DNA from: Candidatus Thalassarchaeaceae archaeon
Lineage (GTDB): Archaea; Thermoplasmatota; Poseidoniia; Poseidoniales; Thalassarchaeaceae
NCBI GenBank assembly: GCA_030747485.1
Contig: JASLKP010000003.1
Span: 20,309 to 84,308 of the forward strand
Direction of reading: 5' to 3'
Length of the DNA: 64,000 nucleotides
The translations under genes and the position numbers were made by a program. This document shows, piece after piece, positions 18,582-27,640 of the stretch. The notes under the pieces were generated by a model. That model had not been told where the DNA came from. It did no database searches and saw nothing but the letters and a program-made list of their open reading frames with translations. Each line of letters opens with the position of its first letter. Positions within the stretch are counted from its first letter, which is position 1.

Positions 18582-19643
18582 TCACCGATCTGAAACTTGC
18601 ATCTGCCAAGCCCGTTCATCGAGTGATGCCGATAATGTTCTTCGATCCAATACTTCGCGACCTTCTTCAGCACTGAGAATCGTCTCGCAGGCGGCGTGAG
18701 CCAAGGTTGCTGCATCGTGTAGGGTGGCACTTTGTGATAGTGCGGCAGCCATTGCGACGGCTGCTGCATCGTGTAATCCAATCATTTGTCTTGCGTCATC
18801 TAGCATGCAAGGAATGTGATGTTCTGCATCGGCAGTGTATAGCCACAAACCTTGGCTACCTCCGAGCACAACCAATGCATCCCATGAATAGGTGGAAATG
18901 AGGTGTTGAGCAGTTTCTGTCGAGGATTCATGACCAAGTCTGCGGCGAGTGAGTTCTAAACCTCGCACTTCAAAGAGGACACAGGTTGCATCTTTGGTTC
19001 GATTTAATCCTGTCAATTTGGGATCGCAAATCACTGGGATTTTGTTTTTCTTGGCTTGGGCTATGAGTGTGGCTGCGCCCTCATCAGTCACTGCTCCCTT
19101 GTTGTAGTCTGAAAGGACCAATGCACTGGCACCTGATAGTGATTCAAGTGCAGAAATTGTGAGACGCTGTGATACATCTAGGGGCATTTCAGATTGGGGT
19201 TCTTCGTCAATTTGAAGGAGCAATTGGCTTCTGTCAATCAAACTCTCACGTGCACCATACACTCTTGTTTTGACAATTGTATCTCTGTTTGCAACCACAC
19301 GCACTCCATCCATGCTGATGTTTTCATCCTGAAGCAAATTTGCGAGAGAGCGGCCTGCTTCATCGCCTCCAATGATACTGAACAAGAATGGATTCAAACC
19401 GAGCGAAGACAATCCGCGAGCGACGTGTGCAGCCGCTCCTGCCGATTCATCAGTTGCAATGACTTTGATTGCGGGCACTGGTGCTGTTGCATTGAGGCGG
19501 TTGGCCCATCCGTGAACGTATCGATCAAGGATGACATCGCCGACCAGTGTGATGTTTGTAGAAGGTAATCCATCGACCATCGCTCGTAAGCGCTTGAGGC
19601 GGTCGACCTCCGCCTGAACCATTTCATCTAGGACCCAAGCCAC
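18582..19643 (-). CDS. PfkB-family sugar kinase (RfaE domain-I-like)
   Basis: 353 aa with LVGDVILDRY near the N-terminus, VLSDYNKG, and a C-terminal GLHDAAAVAMAAAL anion-hole-like region typical of ribokinase/PfkB kinases. Confidence 0.8.
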   Translation of the reverse strand: MAWVLDEMVQAEVDRLKRLRAMVDGLPSTNITLVGDVILDRYVHGWANRLNATAPVPAIKVIATDESAGAAAHVARGLSSLGLNPFLFSIIGGDEAGRSLANLLQDENISMDGVRVVANRDTIVKTRVYGARESLIDRSQLLLQIDEEPQSEMPLDVSQRLTISALESLSGASALVLSDYNKGAVTDEGAATLIAQAKKNKIPVICDPKLTGLNRTKDATCVLFEVRGLELTRRRLGHESSTETAQHLISTYSWDALVVLGGSQGLWLYTADAEHHIPCMLDDARQMIGLHDAAAVAMAAALSQSATLHDAATLAHAACETILSAEEGREVLDRRTLSASLDERAWQMQVSDR

Positions 19644-19671
19644 GATTCTCAGACTGGCGGAGATGGTGGGG

Positions 19672-20634
19672 CTAATTCAACTTGGCCCGTACGACACCGA
19701 GAATTGTTTTGTGCTCAGAGTCGATGATTGACAAGCTTTCACGCAGAGCAGTGAGCATGTTTTCTTCATCATCACTCACTTCCCCATCCATCCAGGCGGC
19801 CTCCATGGCCGTACAATATGCCTTCAGGCGGTCGTCGAGACGGTCGCATACCCAATCCAGTTGGACTCCACGTGATGATTCCAATCCAAGCATCACAGCA
19901 AGCGAATCTAACATCGCCTGCTCGTTGTCATCAACTTCACCATCTTGCCATGCGACCTCAAGCATCTGCTTGTACAAGGAAGCACCACCAGAATCTGGAC
20001 GCTCTGATGCTTCGCGAACTCTTTTCTCAAGTGGTTCTGTATCATCGGGTTCCAAGCCAAGGTATAGTGCCATATCATCAAGCATAACTTGTTCATCATT
20101 GGTGACGATTCCATCAGCCCAAGCAGAACGTACAATGTTTTCATACACGCCCAAGCGTTGGTCAATTGGAAGGTCTCTTCCATCTACAGTGGTTGAAATC
20201 AAGACTGTATCGCCTTCAATAGGCAATCTGTATTTCCCCGTCGAATCGATTCTACGGAGGATGTCAAGAATGGTAGTCGCATGATTATGTAGGCTTCCAA
20301 CCGATTGTGATTCATCTTCGAACATCACGGTTCTACTGTGAATCTCCTTCACTAGATCTTCTGCTGCTTTTCTTCCATTAATGCTTAATGAATATACTCT
20401 ACAACGCTGTTTTGCTCCAGCAACATGTCTAGTCTCTTCATCAATGTGACCTTTATCTCGTAATTTTTTGAGGGTTCGAGGGAGGTGCTTTCGGGCGATT
20501 GAAACCGCATCTGAAACACCTGCCTGAGTGAGTTCTGGACGACCTTCCCAAGGATTGTCACCAAGTGGAGTATCCCAAAGATGCAAGAGGACTCGCTGTT
20601 CTACAGTAAGTGTCCCCATCATTCCATCCTTCAT
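19672..20634 (-). CDS. Winged-HTH protein with three tandem TerB-like repeats
   Basis: The N-terminal ~100 aa look MarR/ArsR-like (QAGVSDAVSIARKHLPRTLKKLRDKGHI...RVYSLSINGRKAAE). The C-terminal half has three ~55-aa repeats with the pattern AW.DG.V...E..ML..L...LGL. Confidence 0.7.
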   Translation of the reverse strand: MKDGMMGTLTVEQRVLLHLWDTPLGDNPWEGRPELTQAGVSDAVSIARKHLPRTLKKLRDKGHIDEETRHVAGAKQRCRVYSLSINGRKAAEDLVKEIHSRTVMFEDESQSVGSLHNHATTILDILRRIDSTGKYRLPIEGDTVLISTTVDGRDLPIDQRLGVYENIVRSAWADGIVTNDEQVMLDDMALYLGLEPDDTEPLEKRVREASERPDSGGASLYKQMLEVAWQDGEVDDNEQAMLDSLAVMLGLESSRGVQLDWVCDRLDDRLKAYCTAMEAAWMDGEVSDDEENMLTALRESLSIIDSEHKTILGVVRAKLN

Positions 20635-20743
20635 CGCGATGTCTCCTTGGGACTGGACGGTACGTCGTGACTCTTATGCAATTCGCCAAAATGAGTACCT
20701 AGGAGGCGTTGCAATCAAAGGATGAGTCGGGCGACGACCATGT

Positions 20744-21871
20744 ATGGCCACAGTTGGAACTGGCGGAAGTCGACTCCCAGTTCCAGTTTCAAGAGATGGT
20801 GGATGGGCAGTATTGGGAGGAACTGCAAACCGTCTTTGGGACAGGGGATGTTTTGGACGGCCAATCCGAGATGGTATTCTACTCACTGCTGCAGAAGTCC
20901 TCAATGCACACCGATTACGTGGGTTACCATTGCCATATGATGGGTGGTTGTCTGATGCATTGGAATCTAGTCCCAATTTACTGTTTGAAGTCGAAGTCCT
21001 AGGCGCATTGCGTGTCCAGGGTGTAAAGGTCGTCTTGGCTGAGAATCTAACTGCAGCCAATGCCGTCCTCATGGATGAACGATCTTGGGCGCTTCGTTGG
21101 CCACGCGATGTGAGGCCAACTGATGGTAATCCTGTTGCTGAAATTCGTTGGATGCGTGCGAGGGATCCGATTGATTGGCAGGCATTGAGTCACTGGACAA
21201 GGGAAATCGAAGCTGGTGGAAGAATCGCAGAAATTCTCATTGTCGATGATGAACATGGTGTCGTCACATATCGGTGTGCACACCATGACCCTAGAGGTGA
21301 GATGCCAAATCCATTCAGAGAGTTGGAAAATGAAGAGCGTCGAACACTCGCTAGAGCTTGGGCAGGTGGGCAAGAAACTGAGGGTGGGCATTGGTTGGAC
21401 ATCAAACGTGGATTGTGGCCGGTCAAAGGTGCGGGCATCGCACTGGAGGGAGGAGTGTGGATTGATGAAATTGAATCGAGAATTGTCAGTCGAATCATCA
21501 ACCCTACAATGCCTAATCCAGGTGGCGAACGAGGCGTCAATATGCTCATTCTTGAAGATCTTTTGAGTCGTGGCCTTGTCGTTAGGACTGGTTTCAAATA
21601 CGGCACAAGGTGGCGTGCATACGAACGTTCTATAGGCGAAGGCCATGCTCCCTGGCTGGTTTCACCATTGGCTGAAGCACCCACAGATTGGGGTGAAGTT
21701 TTACTTTCTGTTAGGCTTGGATCAGGAGTCAAAAAACATTGGATTTGTGCCCTTCAACCCAATGCATCGTCAATCCCTTCTGATGTTCGACCAGGTTCAC
21801 TAGATTGGAAATTCTTAGGTATTGAGAGGCCGCCATCCGATTCCAGATGGAGTAATCCTGTTCGCCACTGA
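20744..21871 (+). CDS. endA: tRNA-splicing endonuclease, long (duplicated, alpha2-type) form
   Basis: C-terminal catalytic signature GFKYGTRWRAYERSIGEGHAPWLV. The 375-aa length and an internal degenerate repeat fit the two-unit homodimeric type. The N-terminus LWDRGCFGRP...LLTAAEVL is EndA-like. Confidence 0.85.
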   Translation: MATVGTGGSRLPVPVSRDGGWAVLGGTANRLWDRGCFGRPIRDGILLTAAEVLNAHRLRGLPLPYDGWLSDALESSPNLLFEVEVLGALRVQGVKVVLAENLTAANAVLMDERSWALRWPRDVRPTDGNPVAEIRWMRARDPIDWQALSHWTREIEAGGRIAEILIVDDEHGVVTYRCAHHDPRGEMPNPFRELENEERRTLARAWAGGQETEGGHWLDIKRGLWPVKGAGIALEGGVWIDEIESRIVSRIINPTMPNPGGERGVNMLILEDLLSRGLVVRTGFKYGTRWRAYERSIGEGHAPWLVSPLAEAPTDWGEVLLSVRLGSGVKKHWICALQPNASSIPSDVRPGSLDWKFLGIERPPSDSRWSNPVRH

Positions 21872-21877
21872 TGAAAG

Positions 21878-23959
21878 TCAGTAAATCCTTACTTGTGATG
21901 GTTCAGTTGCAGATCCTGTTTCGTTTGACTTCCTTCTTCGGATGCCACTCAATACCCACAGTGCCATCAAACAGGAAATGACCAATATGTTGTTAGCGGG
22001 TTCGGCAAGCCATGCCAACACAGCTCCTGCACCTTCAGGAGGTTCTGCTTGTAGAGAGATGTTGAATTCATATGCCAAACCATGATTATCATGGAATTGA
22101 ACACTACCTTCGGCCATCATTCCAGGAATGAGTAATCCCTGAGGGTCGATTTCAATGATTAGGATATCACCATTCTCTAAGGTCTGGGGAGAATCTGTTG
22201 TTGCAATTCGAGACAGGGGGCCTTCAATGACTACATCATAAATTTCAGATTCATCTCCTTCAAATTCCAACACGATTTCAATCACACTTGGATCTTCGAC
22301 AGGAATGGTTTGTTCGTAATCATTTGCGACCAAGCGATTTTTCACTACGTACCAATCAATGATGACATCCGTCGCGGGATTATTTGTCCCACATCCAAGT
22401 GTACCCTCAAGGTACCCAGTGGTACCTGGTGATGCGGTTTGGACCCACTCAAGAGGAATCGTTGCAACTTCTCCGGCTGTTAGGTTTTGAGCACCATTAA
22501 GTGAAACAACTCGCCCATCTGAACTGGTCAACTGTGCCCAGGGTAGGCAATTTTCTCTAGCAGTGAAATTGACTGGCATAGACTCCGTTCCCAACAATCG
22601 TACTGGACCCGATGGTGGAAGAATTTCTGCGTGTCCGACTCCATCACTGGTGATGGTGATGTTCGTGCCATTAGAATCGAAATGTGTGACTTCTACAGTC
22701 CAATGGACCAATCGTCCCTGACTATCACGAATTTCAATACCTTCAGCGCCAAACTTTCCACTCGTGAATACATCACCCGATGAACCTGAATCGGTCCCAT
22801 GAATCAGACCATTGTCACCATCGGCTTCAATGACCTTTAGCCAAGCATAGTCCGAATCGTGGTTGACCTCATTGTGTTCAATGTCGCCGACATTGAGATT
22901 CTGTTGAGTGACCAACAAACCATATCCTGGTAGATATCGATCGAAGCCCGCATTCACTCTTGATTCCATCCAGATGTATTCATTTGGCGCAATTTCAATT
23001 CGGATTGAACCAGAAGTTGCAACATGTGGAGTGACGACAAAGGTCTGATTTTCAGGCCCGGAATGTCCAATAGATAGACTGAGAGGAGAGTTCGCCCCAA
23101 TCATATCTAATGTAGCAGAAGTTGGTAGTGCAGGAGTTCGTCCATTGTTATTCCAATTCCCACTGGCCATGATATCCCAATCCCCAACACCATTCCAATC
23201 TCCAGAGGGTGCTGCGCTGTGAACGTCATACAAATCAACAGTCCCTAGCATGTGCAACATCTCGTGAGTGATTGTCCCCAATCCTGAATCAAATGAGGCC
23301 ATGCTGTAATGCTTAATCCCTGAATTACCAACTACGACATCAACGGAGAGAGGTGCATAGTGACTCCAAATGGCATTTGAACCACCACCATCTTCCTGTG
23401 CCTGTCCGGTGTGCAGTACCAAAAGACGGTCGACCCATCCGTCATCATCCAAATCATATGGCGTGAGATTTAATCCAGAAAATGTGGTGCTGAACATCTC
23501 CTCAAGAAGTGCAGATGGTCCATCTGTATAGGACTCCCCCACATCACGGTTAGTGCCGTCGTCCTTACCATAATCCTTGGCAGGATAATCGGCTGGATGG
23601 ATCTCGTCCTGAACATCAGCAATGAACGTTGTACGACCACCACTAATTTCCTCAAAATATGTTTTTACAGAGCTGGCGCCAGACATAATCGCCCGTGCTC
23701 GTTGTGGATCATCGCCGGCTCCCGAAGGGTCTTCGGGAAATTCAACTATGACAACCAACCATCGCTCTTCTGTTTGCATTGGAACAATGACTGGATCATC
23801 ACTGACAACCTCGCGCTCGTAAATGGAATCGAATATAGGCTCATACAAGTTCGGTTGCCCGATTAACCATTGACCACCAAGGATGATTGCGACGGCAATG
23901 ACCACCCTGATGACGTTGCGCATGGCACCTACGGTGCCACCCTCGTGCTTGAATCCCAC
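21878..23959 (-). CDS. M6-family (immune inhibitor A-like) metalloprotease with C-terminal TM anchor
   Basis: Zinc site THEMLHMLGTVDLYD (HExxH followed by DLYD), an N-terminal signal/anchor VIRVVIAVAIILGG, beta-rich C-terminal domains, and a terminal TM NILVISCLMALWVLSGI followed by RRRK. Confidence 0.8.
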   Translation of the reverse strand: MGFKHEGGTVGAMRNVIRVVIAVAIILGGQWLIGQPNLYEPIFDSIYEREVVSDDPVIVPMQTEERWLVVIVEFPEDPSGAGDDPQRARAIMSGASSVKTYFEEISGGRTTFIADVQDEIHPADYPAKDYGKDDGTNRDVGESYTDGPSALLEEMFSTTFSGLNLTPYDLDDDGWVDRLLVLHTGQAQEDGGGSNAIWSHYAPLSVDVVVGNSGIKHYSMASFDSGLGTITHEMLHMLGTVDLYDVHSAAPSGDWNGVGDWDIMASGNWNNNGRTPALPTSATLDMIGANSPLSLSIGHSGPENQTFVVTPHVATSGSIRIEIAPNEYIWMESRVNAGFDRYLPGYGLLVTQQNLNVGDIEHNEVNHDSDYAWLKVIEADGDNGLIHGTDSGSSGDVFTSGKFGAEGIEIRDSQGRLVHWTVEVTHFDSNGTNITITSDGVGHAEILPPSGPVRLLGTESMPVNFTARENCLPWAQLTSSDGRVVSLNGAQNLTAGEVATIPLEWVQTASPGTTGYLEGTLGCGTNNPATDVIIDWYVVKNRLVANDYEQTIPVEDPSVIEIVLEFEGDESEIYDVVIEGPLSRIATTDSPQTLENGDILIIEIDPQGLLIPGMMAEGSVQFHDNHGLAYEFNISLQAEPPEGAGAVLAWLAEPANNILVISCLMALWVLSGIRRRKSNETGSATEPSQVRIY

Positions 23960-23981
23960 GGAGACTTGGATGCTGTATGAT

Positions 23982-25091
23982 TCAATCTACAGACGTCGTA
24001 TACAAGTTGGAAAGTTCAGACTCACGTAAACTTGGATTATCTGGTTTATCCAACCATTCTAAGCCACTGAGATTACAGGATGCATTGCTCAATGATTCTT
24101 GAAAAGCATACGGCAGTGGAGTGCCGTCACATCCACTGATGATGAGGTCAGTCGCACGATGTCTAACAACTGAATCCAAGAGGGCGTCGCGCTCATCTTC
24201 GCTAAGACACAATGCGCCCACTTCTGTCCAACCAACATTCATCGGTGCCGAACTAAACGAGACCTTTGGGCATGCACCTTCGCAATGACACATTGTGAAT
24301 ATTCTTCGTCGAATGGCACCTTCAGAATCGTATACATCGCTTGGTCCCCGTGCACGGTTGGACAACATTGGCCTTGGCATCGTCAGTATGATTGTCTCTG
24401 GAATGAGGATCAATAATATTGCAAGAATCAACCAAATTCCATCTATAACCTGAGGCGCTGCAATCCACCATATGAACATCAAAGTTCCATGAACACGCAC
24501 TCGCAACGGATCGAATGGTTCTGTTGAAACCAATGATAGCAATCGAGCGAAGACCAATGCGATTGTTCCAATTGTCATTAAGAATATCCACCATGAAATT
24601 CCAATCGCCACATCAAATAGCATTGATGCATCATATTGGGCACCGATTCCCTCAATCCCACCAGAAATACCTGCGTATTCGATTGCCAAAGGATACAACC
24701 ACAACCACCACAATATGGCACCAGAGAGACCCGTACTTACACCTCCAATGGTCACTGTTCGCAACCATTTACGTTCACTTGGTAAGAGGCCATCATCGGC
24801 AAATGCAAGAATTTGATGGGCGACGAACGGAAGAATTGTCAGTAGGGAAAATAAACCAATCATTGACCAGCGAGTACCCATCCATCCATGCAGATTGTAG
24901 ATTGTGACCGACCCTTCTGCAGCACCCAACGGCAATCCAGCCAACCATGCCTCTAACAGGGCATCAATGAGTTGCCACCAAACAATGATTGAAACACTAA
25001 GCAAAAACAAAATTGCAGTTCCACGAGATGCGAGTTCATCGATATGTGATTGTATGGGTCTCTCAACATCTCTAGAGAGCCGGAGGCGCAA
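23982..25091 (-). CDS. tatC: TatC-like membrane protein with ~120-aa Cys-containing C-terminal extension
   Basis: By-eye alignment to E. coli TatC pairs three segments. [20 protein letters not shown] matches [47 protein letters not shown] matches [44 protein letters not shown] matches LLTPPDVFSQTLLAIPM. An extra cytoplasmic tail carries [10 protein letters not shown]. Confidence 0.6.
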   Translation of the reverse strand: [369 protein letters not shown]

Positions 25092-25100
25092 TTCAACACC

Positions 25101-26105
25101 TCACATGATGTCCTTGACTGACGGAGGTGTTCTGGCTGAAAGTACGGTTCTGTAAACTCCGTACGCAGCCCAAGCAGAACAGAAGAAGGCCGGAGCCCAC
25201 AAGTGTGCACCTTCGCCACCGTCAAGCCAATACAGGCCAAGGATTGCCAATCCGACAGAAAGAAGGCCTCTTCGTAAGCCTTCAGGATATGCCAATTGGC
25301 GGTCAAGATGTGATGGACCTGTACCATGCTTGCGTTCAAGAATTTCGCGTTGGAGCACACCGCCTACAATCAACGCAACAAGCGTCGTGAAGAACCACGA
25401 TGAACCACTTACCATGACATTTTCAGACAACTCATCTTGGCGAGCCTGTTCAATGGCTGCAGAATCGTCATGGACCTCAAATAGACTGTAATCGCCTTCA
25501 GAAATCACCCGAGTGCTTTGATCCGCTGCCGCTGATGTTTCACTGGGTGATGAAATCACAAACGATAGTGTATTCCAGTAATCAGTCGTATCTGGAGCAC
25601 CACCCCCATCGACCATGTTTCCAGCAAGCCAGAAAATGACGTCACCCACATCAGTATCGGGTGATGTCCATGTAAATGTCCATTCAGCTGGATTTGTAGG
25701 ATCTGACTGTGAAATCCCTGAGGTTGTAGAGGTTGATTCAGCCGGTTCATTACTGTCTTTCTCAGGGCGAATCAACTGACCTGCATCCCATGAAAATGTA
25801 CCATTCCCTTGAGTGGTTAGGATGAATCCACCATCCGAATTATCTGGATGAGATAGAGTGAGAGTCATGGTATAATCAGTTGATGTTTGGTAAGCATGAG
25901 GGACACCTGTGACTTTGATGAGGATGTCAGCAGACGGGTTTCCATTGTTGTGACAAGTACATCCAACTTTAGCAGTTGTATCACCAGTCCCATCTCCATT
26001 GTCATCAGATGGAGGTCCCTTGTGCCATGCAAGGGCAGGAGCCGCAAGCAACAAGACAAGTGTAAGGACGACTGCCAATCGAATAGAGGGTCGAGACATG
26101 AGCAA
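25101..26105 (-). CDS. Secreted beta-sandwich-like protein with GCxCH motif and three C-terminal TM helices
   Basis: Signal peptide LAVVLTLVLLLAAPALA, motif AKVGCTCHNNG near the mature N-terminus, a beta-rich ~170-aa domain (VIFWLAGNMVDGGGAPDTTDYW), a Ser/Thr linker, then three hydrophobic helices. The family is not recognised with confidence (DOMON/Reeler-like is a guess). Confidence 0.65.
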   Translation of the reverse strand: MLMSRPSIRLAVVLTLVLLLAAPALAWHKGPPSDDNGDGTGDTTAKVGCTCHNNGNPSADILIKVTGVPHAYQTSTDYTMTLTLSHPDNSDGGFILTTQGNGTFSWDAGQLIRPEKDSNEPAESTSTTSGISQSDPTNPAEWTFTWTSPDTDVGDVIFWLAGNMVDGGGAPDTTDYWNTLSFVISSPSETSAAADQSTRVISEGDYSLFEVHDDSAAIEQARQDELSENVMVSGSSWFFTTLVALIVGGVLQREILERKHGTGPSHLDRQLAYPEGLRRGLLSVGLAILGLYWLDGGEGAHLWAPAFFCSAWAAYGVYRTVLSARTPPSVKDIM

Positions 26106-26154
26106 TCCTCAGTGAACTGTCGACTTGACGTCCGTCCTTAACGGTTGCCTCAAA

Positions 26155-26177
26155 GGGGTGCCCCCTAAGGGCACCCC
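26155..26177 (-). terminator. Hairpin GGGGTGCCC-CCTAA-GGGCACCCC 17 nt downstream of the pntB stop
   Basis: Perfect 9-bp GC-rich inverted repeat read from the sequence, lying between the pntB stop (26194) and the next gene start (26105). Only a short T3 follows on the minus strand. Confidence 0.4.
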
Positions 26178-26193
26178 GGCAATGATTGTGAGT

Positions 26194-27639
26194 TCACAGA
26201 TCCTTGAATGCGGCATTCAATTCATTCATCATCTTCTTGCCATCACCAAAGAGCATCATCGTCTTATCTTCGAAAAACAAATCATTATCGACACCAGCAT
26301 AACCTACAGAGAGACTGCGCTTGACAATCACCACCACTCGAGCTTTGTCTGCATCAATAATTGGCATGCCCCCCAGGGGTCCTTCGCCACTTCGTGCAAC
26401 CGGATTGACAGTGTCATTGGCACCGATGACTACAGCAACATCGCATTCTGCCAACTCTGAATTAATGTCATCCATTTCAATGAGTTTTTCATAGGGCACA
26501 TTGGCCTCTGCCAAGAGGACATTCATGTGACCTGGCATTCGTCCAGCAACGGGGTGGATACCATACAACACCTCAACATCCTCAGCCTCAAGTAAATCGG
26601 CGAATTCCTTCACTGCGTGTTGTGCTTGGCTAACGGCCATTCCATACCCTGGGATAATGACACACTTGCTAATTCCATCACAGACCATTGCGACCTCTTC
26701 AGGATCACTTCCTACCTTCGTACGAGTGACTGTATCACGACCACCGCCACCGAACGATTTGAACAACACCGCAGAAAGGGTGCGATTCATTGCTTTGCAC
26801 ATGATGAATGTTAGAATGAGGCCCGCGGCACCGACCATGGAACCTGCGATGATCAGAACATTGTTTCCAATCACGAAGCCGGTAAACGCGGCTGCGATAC
26901 CAGACATTGAGTTGAGTAGGCTGACAACAACGGGCATATCTGCGCCTCCAATTGGAAGTACGAAAATCACGCCAAGAAGTCCTGCTATACCTGCAAGCGC
27001 ATAGACATAATCTGTGTTGCCTGGTTCTTGTATAGTCATCCAAATCAGTGCGATGGATGCAACCAACAAGCCACCCTTGACGAAGTTTAGCCACGGTGGA
27101 CCCCAGGTCGGAAAATTGATCCATTTTCTTCGACCACGGTCATCTTTCTTGGAAAGTGGAAGGTAAAAACCACCCTTCAGTTTACCCATCGCCATCAAAC
27201 TACCAGTGAGTGTCAGCCAACCAACTAAACCGGACAAACCGATTGCAATCCAAGTCGCATAGAGTTCGACATTGTCTGTAGGAATATCATTTCCCTTGAT
27301 GCGCGTGAGCACTTCAGAAAGACCAACAAGAGCAGATGCACCACCACCAAACCCATTGAACAAAGCAACCAATTCAGGCATTCCTGTCATTTCGACACGT
27401 GTTGCCATCCAAACACCGATGATGGTTCCTAAGGCCAAACCACCGACTATCAATTCCAATCCAATGATTTCTTCACTGTACATTTTCGCCATTGTAACAA
27501 TAACTGCAAGCAACATACCGTATGCGCCCAATCGATTTCCTTGTGGGGCTGTTTTGGGACTTGAAAGTCTCTTAATTCCAATGATGAAAAGGGCAGCGGA
27601 TATCAGATATCCGATATCCCAAACGACTGGATTGACCAT
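26194..27639 (-). CDS. pntB: NAD(P) transhydrogenase subunit beta
   Basis: Membrane domain starting VVWDIGYLISAALFIIGIKRLSSPKTAPQGN. The C-terminal NADP(H) domain has IIPGYGMAVSQAQH and GANDTVNP. ATG 27639 (Met13 of the track ORF) lies 1 nt after the upstream stop. Confidence 0.9.
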   Translation of the reverse strand: MVNPVVWDIGYLISAALFIIGIKRLSSPKTAPQGNRLGAYGMLLAVIVTMAKMYSEEIIGLELIVGGLALGTIIGVWMATRVEMTGMPELVALFNGFGGGASALVGLSEVLTRIKGNDIPTDNVELYATWIAIGLSGLVGWLTLTGSLMAMGKLKGGFYLPLSKKDDRGRRKWINFPTWGPPWLNFVKGGLLVASIALIWMTIQEPGNTDYVYALAGIAGLLGVIFVLPIGGADMPVVVSLLNSMSGIAAAFTGFVIGNNVLIIAGSMVGAAGLILTFIMCKAMNRTLSAVLFKSFGGGGRDTVTRTKVGSDPEEVAMVCDGISKCVIIPGYGMAVSQAQHAVKEFADLLEAEDVEVLYGIHPVAGRMPGHMNVLLAEANVPYEKLIEMDDINSELAECDVAVVIGANDTVNPVARSGEGPLGGMPIIDADKARVVVIVKRSLSVGYAGVDNDLFFEDKTMMLFGDGKKMMNELNAAFKDL

Positions 27640-27640
27640 T

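Noticed and set aside
19682-20284. 200-aa Ser-rich plus-strand ORF
   Set aside because: It is antisense to the wHTH/TerB-like gene, and its extreme Ser/low-complexity composition is typical of a shadow ORF.
20674-21732. Several 97-199-aa ORFs antisense to or out of frame with endA (20674..21072, 21047..21646, 21190..21732)
   Set aside because: endA has clear family motifs across the whole interval. The alternatives are low-complexity, Pro/Ser/Arg-rich sequences and mutually overlapping.
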